DNA from: Chloroflexota bacterium
Lineage (GTDB): Bacteria; Chloroflexota; Dehalococcoidia; Lucifugimonadales; JADFKI01
Length of the DNA: 64,000 bases
Assembly (NCBI GenBank): GCA_009840355.1
Contig: VXNZ01000019.1
Span: forward strand, 101 to 64,100
Reading direction: 5' to 3'
Every line of letters starts with the position of its first letter. The first letter of the stretch is position 1. The notes below the pieces were generated by a model, which was given only the letters and a program-made list of their open reading frames with translations, searched no databases and had not been told where the DNA came from. Positions 19,301 to 24,605 of this stretch are shown here, in pieces. Position numbers and translations under genes: made by a program.

Positions 19301-20652
19301 GACCGCCGCGCGCAGCTGTGAGCGCGTTCGGCATTTCGGGCACGAATGCACATGTTGTGCTGGAGGGCTACGGCAACTCGACAGCCAACGGAACATCAGA
19401 GCACGGAGCGCAGTCTTTCGTGGGTTCTGAAAAGCAGGTGCCGGTCTCCCTTCCTGAGCAGGTGGCGGACAGGCCCGTATCTATGGACGGACTGGAAGAG
19501 CGCGTCGCACGCTTCCTGCCATTGTCCGGCAAGTCGGACGGCGCTCTGCGGGACCTGGCCGGACAGTACATGTCCTGGCTTGACGAGCACGACAACGGTT
19601 CGACACCGGCAGCACTGACACCGCAATCCCTTGCGGATGCGGCATGGATGGCGAGCGTAGGACGCAGCCACTTCGACTATCGCGCGGGGGTGGTTTTCAG
19701 CGACGCCGAGTCAATGAGGGAAGGCCTTGCCGGAATCGTCGAAACGAACGGCGCATCCGACGGCGCTGAACCGCAGCCTGTGGCGAGGGTTGCCTTCCTG
19801 TACGCAGGCGACGGCAGCCAGTGGGTTGGCATGGGCAGGGCGCTTTACGACAGCGAACCGGTCGTGCGCGCTGTGCTGGACAGATGCGATGCCGTTGTGC
19901 GTGCCGAGCGGGGCAGTTCGCTGCTCGACGTGATGTTCGGCAGTCCAGGAGGCGCGGGCGACTTGAGCGACGCGGCGTGGGCGCAGCCTGCGCTCTACTC
20001 GCTGGAATGCGCGCTTACCGCCCTCTGGGCAAGCATCGGAATTCGTCCGAATTCGGTTCTGGGTCATGGCACAGGCGAAATCGCCGCGGCACAGGCGGCG
20101 GGCGTGTTCAGCCTGGAAGACGGCCTGCGGTTCACTCTCGCTCGCAGCACGCTGATGGCGGTGCTGCCCGGGGTTGACCCGAACCAGTCCTTGATGGGAC
20201 TGGAGGTGGCTTTCAACGACATTTCGGTCGCGTCTCCTTCGCTGACAATGATCAGCGGGGTTACGGGACAGGTGATCGATTCCAGCGTGCTGCCTGACTG
20301 GGAATACTGGCGCAGGCAGGCACGTGAGTCCGCCGCGCTTGACGTCTGTGCCTCCACGCTCGCGGAACTAGGGGTGAACCTAGTGCTGGAAGTCGGACAT
20401 GAGCCGATTCAGGGACGGACGATTAGCGGCTACTGGCCTGAGTCTGCCGGAGTGCCGACTATGATTTCCACTGCTGCGAGGACATCCGCAGATGGACAGT
20501 CGCTGGAATTCGATGATGCATTTGTGAGAGCGGCGGCGGCGGCGTACGAGTCGGGATTGGATATTTCATTCTCAGGGTTGTTTGCTGGTGAGTCCCGCCG
20601 TCGGGTCTCTTTGCCGACATATCCGTTCCAGCGTAGGCACCATTGGATATAG
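10387..20652 (+). CDS. type I polyketide synthase / FAS-like megasynthase, KS-AT-DH-cMT-ER-KR-ACP-KS-AT(inactive)
   Basis: 3421-aa ORF. All domain signature motifs were read directly; see the domain sub-features. Confidence 0.97.
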   Translation: MTTPNDFSSSLSQKVAESSGGREGVLRNREPIAIVGMACRFPGAENLDAFWQLLEEGGNSVTEGVPGSGVGRLADVIRDPSVQLEACRYGAFVDDIDMFDAAFFRISPVEAELLDPQQRMMLETSWEALEDAGIDPLKLKHSLTGMYTGISNDEYRMLVLDTSRPTEAAGSLYALSGTNLNGTAGRVSFVLGLMGPAKAVDAACASALVAVNDAVSDLQQGKADLAIAAGVQAILNGRIYELRAEAMMLSPEGQCKTFDASADGYVRGEGCGVIVLKRLSDAERDGDRIWAVIKGSAVNHGGDSVGLTVPNPPALKQVMEIALSDAGVSPSDVDFLEAHGTGTAVGDPIELEAVSEVYCNGRTADNPLLIGSVKTNIGHLESAAGIAGLIKAALALKHRIIPKQLHFNDPNPRVDWDNLPLKVTTEHVDWQRRGDRPRVAGVNCFGISGTNSHIVMEEYTDTETETSQDILIAGSAQKVAVSLPASVPDLRAPDGELEQRRTRFLPLSGKSDGALRDLARRYLSWLDERQAHISSDGVASGPMLSDMSWAAGVGRSHFERRAGAVFRDAASLRACLSDLAESDTTVEPQTANKVAFIYTGQGSQWVGMGQALYESEPVARAVMDRCEEVFRQVRGVSLLDVMFGRNGANENLGDTAWEQPALYTLECALTALWSSVGVRPSVVLGHSVGEIAAAQAAGVFSLEDGMRFAAARGALMSQMEYGTMAAIFAPPEQVAAEVEAHNAASDGVGLSVAADNGAHQVVSGPVEDIAAIVERFETLEIRARRLNTSKAFHSALVNPILRGLEDALSGLEIKSPTLTVVSNLTGRAVEPGMALDVEYWKRHAREAVAFASGVRAMAAEGVDVVVEIGPHDILGTMATLAWPSEDASGPPPALASLRRPLRDGSSPEPESSFIDAVAAAYEAGLDISFEGLFAGEKRRRISLPSYPFQRERYWAEQTRQRRQSAGHPLLGERHESARGEIMYETEVFPSDPAWLNDHRVFGRLVAPGALYGAMATSATLAEGSGPIVVEDFQLHNPLVFAESDSDDGSNEPGRTVQVVLDDSEQVASSSVQIFSKGAENEWILHIEGRVSSGAQAPEAGGRVDLDALKARLSPADVPDYYRAKADTGINLGPFFRTLGNVWSAPGEALGEVILPEAAGRNDLDVHPLVMDGCFQVVGVARNMTGAPGEATYLPFGWERFWLTRQMPDKLLCHVIMSESSVASDPESEEQPEVLSGEMRIYDLSGVLIGGFTGYTVKRATRAALLSAFEGVDDLLYEIDWRDRPLESGLMSADFFPRPSVVADSSELFPEYLTGAGVDPQGRNELLADMEWWSRSYALRTLEKLGWRRTPGDIFKHNELREELNVNPEHNRLFLRMLEMLAQSEVLEQRDEGFLVLVGEGEPLPAGLTESPEEFDKQMVEKYPHGLTETGLFRRSGAALADVLRGQEDPLTLLFSSGEPTAADLYLKAPVARAANRMLAEAMRELIARLPEDRRLRIVEIGAGTGSATASVLPELPEGRFDYVYTDISAGFFAEAEARFGDGDGCIEYRTLDIEKDPIAQGFDAHGYDIVLASNVLHATRYLQETLGHCRDLLSPSGQLVALENLRGLGWMDLTFGQLDGWWRFADDYRPHHALATPAIWRQALGDVGFVEVEVLGVDDSFTHEMLDKGVIVAQGPAQVTEQPGVWVLAGDKGGFAEELVEAMAARNQTVVLGDSGEARESWQSLIEGLPEDAPFKGVVYLEALQGHGAQATTGEIAEDVKRVGARALAMVQGLSDSDVIPENGVWFITRGAQVLERELTGELAGATLWGLGKVVTLEAPHLQPRMIDLDPIVANSLSGLVNDLMYPDHENHIAYRLGRRMAARLVRPDTTSERLTLPENSEWVLAPHRDGVFDKPEIKALPIRTLEPREVLVSVEATGLNFWDVFRSLGFIEDGDLGRELCGYVLDIGSDVTNVSIGDRVVGLGFGAFAPEMVTHSELVAPALDGISVSSLATIPSAFVSAALSYHYSGLEPGDRVLIHAGSGGVGLAAIQLAQAAGAEVFATASAPKQAYLRSLSVEHIYDSRQTKFGEEILADTGGEGIHVVLNSLTSEGFIDASLACLAEGGRFVELARRDILTHEEMAELRPDVKYDILELDVLKKTEPEWVGEVLREVMAGISTGKLKPIIHSRWPLAEAGAALSFMRSARHIGKIVLTPPSITNGQVRQDRTYLVTGGLGGIGIAVAEWLADHGAGTIVLNGRRDADPEAQVAIEALRGRGIKVEVELADMTDTAAIDAMLERMDANYSPLGGVIHSVGVLSDAALTNQSWERFEQVLSPKIVGAWHLHRATMDRDLDMFILFSSRVGVMGNPGQANHAAANAFLDQLAGHRRALGLPGQAIAWGAWSEIGEAAEQRERIEERRAALGGRWFTPQQGIRALERLVREDTTASVVMSMDWSVFEEAVEDRPALLEDMLSSLADDATDPASSEDLLTQLRVTIAPVGEQEELLVSFLQQELQAVLRLSTAPSPTVGFFDLGMDSLMAVEFRNRLNRAFAGEYTASNTVVFDYPDIASLAGHLAEELGQLGDSPPAPEPAVPEEPQQTSNDEDGIAIVGMACRFPQSKNLSEYWQLLESGTDAVTDGRQGNGIAPDMRGAFIEDIEWFDSRFFRISPMEARMMDPQQRMMLETSWEALEDAGIDPDGLRGSQTGVYAGIGGSEYRDVIESSGKSGNYLGTNASVAAGRIAFALGLEGPAMAIDMACASALAAVHQAVSGLQRGEVDLALAGGVHVVLSPSVSDFMTELGILSKSGQCSPFDASADGYVRGEGCGVIVLKRLSDAEADGDRIWGVIRGSAVNQNGVSAGLTVPNGQAQERVMEAALAQAGFSGADVDYLEAHATGSQLGDAIEAHAIGSVYGKDREAERPLLMGTVKSNIGHLEAAAGVAGVIKTVLAMKQGVIPKHLHFDNPNPQIEWASMPVRITSEQTDWPRHADRPPRAAVSAFGISGTNAHVVLEGYGNSTANGTSEHGAQSFVGSEKQVPVSLPEQVADRPVSMDGLEERVARFLPLSGKSDGALRDLAGQYMSWLDEHDNGSTPAALTPQSLADAAWMASVGRSHFDYRAGVVFSDAESMREGLAGIVETNGASDGAEPQPVARVAFLYAGDGSQWVGMGRALYDSEPVVRAVLDRCDAVVRAERGSSLLDVMFGSPGGAGDLSDAAWAQPALYSLECALTALWASIGIRPNSVLGHGTGEIAAAQAAGVFSLEDGLRFTLARSTLMAVLPGVDPNQSLMGLEVAFNDISVASPSLTMISGVTGQVIDSSVLPDWEYWRRQARESAALDVCASTLAELGVNLVLEVGHEPIQGRTISGYWPESAGVPTMISTAARTSADGQSLEFDDAFVRAAAAAYESGLDISFSGLFAGESRRRVSLPTYPFQRRHHWI
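10474..11763 (+). other. PKS domain KS1 (ketosynthase)
   Basis: IAIVGMACRFPG. Active-site Cys in DAACASAL (codon 10996-10998). EAHGTGTAVGDPIE and NIGHLESAAG. Confidence 0.95.
12166..13020 (+). other. PKS domain AT1 (acyltransferase, active)
   Basis: FIYTGQGSQWVGMG. GHSVGE with the Ser codon at 12445-12447. The KAFHSA motif is xAFH-type, as in malonyl-specific ATs. Confidence 0.9.
13285..14165 (+). other. PKS domain DH (dehydratase)
   Basis: HPLLG...LNDHRVFGRLVAPGALY (the HxxxGxxxxP motif) and a downstream DGCFQ-type region. Confidence 0.85.
14620..15355 (+). other. PKS domain cMT (C-methyltransferase)
   Basis: SAM motif I RIVEIGAGTGSAT, then DIVLASNVLHAT and SPSGQLVALE. Sits between DH and ER, as in the methylating modules of reducing PKSs. 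Confidence 0.85.
16027..16975 (+). other. PKS domain ER (enoylreductase)
   Basis: MDR-type fold. NADPH motif VLIHAGSGGVGLAAIQLAQAAGAEVFATAS. C-terminal HIGKIVL. Confidence 0.9.
17008..17553 (+). other. PKS domain KR (ketoreductase, catalytic subdomain)
   Basis: TYLVTGGLGGIGIAVA Rossmann motif. VLSDAAL (LxD, B-type-like). SSRVGVMGNPGQANHAAANAF. A structural pseudo-KR half lies at about 15433-15990. Confidence 0.9.
17836..18070 (+). other. PKS domain ACP (in cis)
   Basis: FFDLGMDSLMAVEFRNRL, with the phosphopantetheine Ser codon at 17941-17943. Confidence 0.9.
18145..19372 (+). other. PKS domain KS2 (ketosynthase, Cys-His-His retained)
   Basis: IAIVGMACRFPQ. DMACASAL with the Cys codon at 18604-18606. 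EAHATGSQLGDAIE (His kept, flanks diverged). NIGHLEAAAG. Confidence 0.92.
19789..20400 (+). other. PKS domain AT2 (degenerate, predicted inactive AT0)
   Basis: FLYAGDGSQWVGMG. The GHSxG nucleophile elbow reads GHGTGE (Gly codon ggc at 20068-20070). The region that carries the xAFH motif in AT1 is shortened and lacks it. The post-AT linker LPTYPFQRRHHW ends the protein. Confidence 0.8.
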
Positions 20653-20752
20653 GGCCATTAATATTTGTGCCTAATGTATGGACAAGAGTGAAGGTACAGT
20701 GATACCTTATTGGTTGTCTTGATAAACTATTGAGCATAGGAGGCTTGAACAG

Positions 20753-20998
20753 ATGGCATCAATTGAAGATAGGGTAAGGAAGCTAATAGCCGACAATCTG
20801 GAAGTGGACGGTAAGCCTGTGGACGCGTCGATGGACCTCGGTTCCAGCCTTACGGACGCTGGGGTGTCTTCGATGGACATAGTGTCGTTCGCCCGGGTTA
20901 TTCAGGACGAATTTGGCATCAGGTTCTCGGCTGAACACTGCACCGAACTCCAGACCATCGGGCAGTTGATAGACTACCTTGACTCGAATGCTGCTTAG
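20753..20998 (+). CDS. discrete acyl carrier protein
   Basis: 81 aa with a four-helix carrier pattern. LTDAGVSSMDIVSFARVIQDEF, with the candidate Ser codon at 20870-20872. Lies 100 nt downstream of the PKS. Confidence 0.8.
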   Translation: MASIEDRVRKLIADNLEVDGKPVDASMDLGSSLTDAGVSSMDIVSFARVIQDEFGIRFSAEHCTELQTIGQLIDYLDSNAA

Positions 20999-21028
20999 CG
21001 CCGCGTATGCGGAACTGAACAACGCAGA

Positions 21029-21730
21029 ATGACTGATTCCGCAACGCATTGCTGGTGGAGTCTCTTCCGAACAATTGGCAACGTAACGGTATTACATATT
21101 GATCTGACGCCTCATGCTCAACATGAGGCGTCAGCGCTTTTGTGGCTCCATGAAAATGAACTGGAAGATTCGTGCAATTATGTGCACTTAAGTGCGCGCC
21201 GAAGGTTTGTGCTATGCCGTGGGGCGCTCCGCGCCATACTCTGTGGCAACCTAGGCTGCGATAACGAGCGGCTGACGTTTGGCGAACACCGTTACGGTAA
21301 GCCTTTTGCCCTGGTGGACGCTATTCGGGCGCAGATCAGTTTCAATGTGAGCCACAGCGGTAGTCATGGGCTAATTGCGGTCGCGCCTGGCGGGCAGTTG
21401 GGCGTGGACGTCGAAGAGCTTGCGACAAGACGTGACTTCGACAGGCTGATCGAGGCTGCATTTGGTCCCAACGAGCAGTCTGAACTGAAATTGGAGCGGG
21501 TACGAGGTGAGTTCCGGCTTTTCTTCAAGCTCTGGACAGTCAAGGAGGCGCTAATCAAGGCGCTTGGGACCGGTCTTTCATTGGATCCCGCGGCGTTTGA
21601 GGCACCTGAGGAGATACGCCGCGGTGAGACTGTCGGCACGTTCTGGTTTCCTCAGGTACCGTCGGTGAGGTGGCGCGTAGTAGATATTGGCAACGAGGAA
21701 TTCGCCGCCGCTCTCGCCTTTGCTGTGTGA
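21029..21730 (+). CDS. Sfp-type 4'-phosphopantetheinyl transferase
   Basis: GKPF, FNVSHSGSHGLIAV, GVDVEEL and FFKLWTVKEALIKALG (the WxxKEAxxK motif). Confidence 0.85.
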   Translation: MTDSATHCWWSLFRTIGNVTVLHIDLTPHAQHEASALLWLHENELEDSCNYVHLSARRRFVLCRGALRAILCGNLGCDNERLTFGEHRYGKPFALVDAIRAQISFNVSHSGSHGLIAVAPGGQLGVDVEELATRRDFDRLIEAAFGPNEQSELKLERVRGEFRLFFKLWTVKEALIKALGTGLSLDPAAFEAPEEIRRGETVGTFWFPQVPSVRWRVVDIGNEEFAAALAFAV

Positions 21731-21798
21731 TTCTTAGGCAGTTGATATATGATACTGCCAGTGAATAGGGTCTGATCAAAAGATTTAAGGATGCGACG

Positions 21799-22704
21799 AT
21801 GACCTCAGCGATCGGATGGAAGGTTCCCGAGCCGCTTTCAACGTATGACGTGCAGGTTGACGACGAGACCACAATTACCTTGCGGCGGCACGGTAACCCG
21901 GACGGTCCCCGACTCGTCCTCAGTCACGGCAACGGTCTGGCGATCGATCTCTATTACCCTTTCTGGTCACTTCTGCGGAATGACTTCGATATCATAGTCT
22001 ATGATCTCCGAAACCATGGCTGGAACGCAGTCACTTCGTTGCAGAGTCACAACATTCCTACTCTGGTTCAGGACCACGATAAGGTCTTGGAGGCTATTGA
22101 CATTGAGTATGGTGACAAGCCGAAGATAGGCATTTATCACTCTGTTTCGGCTCTGGTTACTCTTCTGTCTCCCCGGAATGGTAGCGATTTTGCCGCGCGT
22201 GTGCTGTTCGATCCACCACTCTGCAAGCCTGGTCGCAGCCACAGGGAATTTGAAGAGGCCGCCAAGCAGTTGTCCTCCACCTCTCGCGGGAGGATGGCGC
22301 GATTTAAGAACAGGGAAGACTTCGCATTCCTACTCTCGTTCTTCCCGATTTTTGAACTCATAGTGCCGGGAGGCCACGACCTCTTTTCCATGACAACCCT
22401 GAAGGAAAACAGTCTCGAAAAGCTCTATGAACTGTGTTGCCCGCCCGCATACGAAGCACAGATAATTGAGTACGCGGGCGCGTTCGCGGTTCTCGTGGAC
22501 TTCGCTTCGCAGGTCAGCCCAACAAAGGTAATTGGCGCCGATCCGACATTGCCATTCTCATACCTACCGACTCTGGATCTCAGCGATGTCTTCACGGTTG
22601 GATACGACTTCCTGCCTGATTCCACGCACTTTTTGCAGTTGGAACAGCCGGAGCAGTGCGTGGAACTGATGCTTGAATTCATCGAGCCGATAATCTCGTC
22701 CTGA
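21799..22704 (+). CDS. alpha/beta hydrolase fold protein (candidate chain-release enzyme)
   Basis: Oxyanion HGNG. Nucleophile elbow reads GIYHSVSA (non-canonical GxSxG). C-terminal STHFLQLEQPE (catalytic His region). Confidence 0.65.
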   Translation: MTSAIGWKVPEPLSTYDVQVDDETTITLRRHGNPDGPRLVLSHGNGLAIDLYYPFWSLLRNDFDIIVYDLRNHGWNAVTSLQSHNIPTLVQDHDKVLEAIDIEYGDKPKIGIYHSVSALVTLLSPRNGSDFAARVLFDPPLCKPGRSHREFEEAAKQLSSTSRGRMARFKNREDFAFLLSFFPIFELIVPGGHDLFSMTTLKENSLEKLYELCCPPAYEAQIIEYAGAFAVLVDFASQVSPTKVIGADPTLPFSYLPTLDLSDVFTVGYDFLPDSTHFLQLEQPEQCVELMLEFIEPIISS

Positions 22705-22758
22705 GCCGGCATTTTCCGCTTCCACCGTTCGACGGAAACCCACCGTGGACTGCGGTCA

Positions 22759-24507
22759 CTACGCATCGACCCGCACGGTCACGATGTCCATGCCATAATA
22801 TTTCTGGTGGCGCACCGATGACGCGTAGTGCCTTAACAGGCGGAATGAAATTTCCCTGTCGTCAATTGTCTCTTCCTCATCGTCTAGGTAAGCGAGGCGG
22901 TCTCCCAGGTTTTCGCCATCCACAAGCACGGAGACAAATTCCAGATCGACGGTCCGACCGTCCTGTCGGGCTATGATGACAAGGCGTGGGATGTTGTCGG
23001 TTCTGCCAGCCGAAAGGTGTTCGTTTCCAGGTTGCAGCAGGCTGGACAGCGCCTCCTCAGACGCTGAGCGGAGCCGCTGTGTCGATTCCTCACTCCAGCT
23101 CATTTCTGTTGCCACCTCCCGCGCGAATTCATCGATCGCCGGCAGATTGGCAAGGTCGAGTCTGGTTTCCAGGCGCCTCGGGCGCGGACTCGTCAGGTTC
23201 AGGAATATAGTGAGAAGGATTGCGGTCGCCGCGCCCGCTGTTATTCCGTTTCCCAGCAGCGCCCCCCAGGGATGCCCCAGCAATTCCTCAATTATGTTCC
23301 GCTGAAGCAGCCCCGCTCCCACGGCAAATGACAGACCCACTACAATCGACTTCTCTAGGTTTAGGCCGTCCCTCATTATGGTCTGTAAGCCTTCGACAAA
23401 GAAAATGCCCAGTGCAACCAGCAGGAAAGCGCCCATTACGGGGGTCGGTATCGTCAGCAGCGCCCCCGTCAACTTTGGGAGCAGCGCCAGTCCAATGAGT
23501 ATGATCGCTATGGCGTATCCGACGTAGCGAGACGCCACTCCCGTGATATTGACAAGCGATGCGGTGAAGGACGAGTATGACGACGTGGGAGGCGTACCCG
23601 CAATCCCTGACAAGAATATGCCAATGCCGTTAGCGTATATCGATCCCTGCAGCAGTCGAAAATCAGTAGATCTCAGACTTCGCCGCGCCGTCCGCTGAAT
23701 CACGACATTGTCGCCGACCCCCTTGATAGCCTGCACCAGAGTTACGATCAGAAACATTGGCAGGAGCGTCCAGAATCCTGCGCCCAGCCGAAGATCCAAT
23801 CCTTGAATGCCGGTCTCAGGAATGCCAATCCAAGGTGCTGAGTACAGCCGCTCAAGGTCGTAGACTCCCAGTATGGCCGCCATGATGCAGCCTGAAACGA
23901 ACCCGATTAGCATTGACCACGGTCGCAGTTGGCGCGGTGCGCGCAGAACTAAACCTGTCGCGACGAGAAGTGTAACAACGGCTACCAGAGGACCGGCAAA
24001 TGACGGCGCGCCCGTGGGAACTTCGTCGAATCGGTCGAGGCAGAATGGCAGCACCGAGACGGCTATTAGCATCAATACGGTGCCTGACACTGTTGGAGTC
24101 ACAACACGCCTCAACTGCGGCAGCCAGGTAGCCACCGCGAAGAAGAAGAGCGCGGAAACGACCATCAGGCTTGCAAGCATCGCTGGTCCGCCCTCTGCCA
24201 GCGCGAGCACTGCCAACGCTATGTAATTAGGCGTAACTCCTGTCACTGCCATGTGCCCGGTGCCCAAGCGTCCTATGCGCGAAGCCTGAAGTGCGGTGAC
24301 GATAGCCACGATTATCAAGGCGGCGAACATTGACCATGTCAGGTAGTCGTCGTCCTGTCCCGCCGAAAGAACTGTAACCACGACAATCGAAATCGCGGGT
24401 GGCAGAACGAGCAAAATACCCTGTATACCCACTACGAAAGATGTCAGTATTGAGCACCTTTCTTCCGGTTCGTAGCGGATGTGGTCATTTGATTGAGCTG
24501 TTGCCAA
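22759..24507 (-). CDS. NCS2 (xanthine/uracil/vitamin C permease) family transporter with extra C-terminal cytoplasmic domain
   Basis: About 430 aa of polytopic membrane domain with an NCS2-like pattern, plus about 140 aa of soluble C-terminus with RsbW/SpoIIAB-like spacing (weak). Confidence 0.7.
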   Translation of the reverse strand: MATAQSNDHIRYEPEERCSILTSFVVGIQGILLVLPPAISIVVVTVLSAGQDDDYLTWSMFAALIIVAIVTALQASRIGRLGTGHMAVTGVTPNYIALAVLALAEGGPAMLASLMVVSALFFFAVATWLPQLRRVVTPTVSGTVLMLIAVSVLPFCLDRFDEVPTGAPSFAGPLVAVVTLLVATGLVLRAPRQLRPWSMLIGFVSGCIMAAILGVYDLERLYSAPWIGIPETGIQGLDLRLGAGFWTLLPMFLIVTLVQAIKGVGDNVVIQRTARRSLRSTDFRLLQGSIYANGIGIFLSGIAGTPPTSSYSSFTASLVNITGVASRYVGYAIAIILIGLALLPKLTGALLTIPTPVMGAFLLVALGIFFVEGLQTIMRDGLNLEKSIVVGLSFAVGAGLLQRNIIEELLGHPWGALLGNGITAGAATAILLTIFLNLTSPRPRRLETRLDLANLPAIDEFAREVATEMSWSEESTQRLRSASEEALSSLLQPGNEHLSAGRTDNIPRLVIIARQDGRTVDLEFVSVLVDGENLGDRLAYLDDEEETIDDREISFRLLRHYASSVRHQKYYGMDIVTVRVDA

Positions 24508-24605
24508 AGCTGGACTCCGTTAAGGGGGATGTGGCACTCTCGGATGAGATACCTAGGATAGCGCGTGCGAAGCGGGCTAAGTATGCACCAGTTGTCTTGC
24601 ATGCG

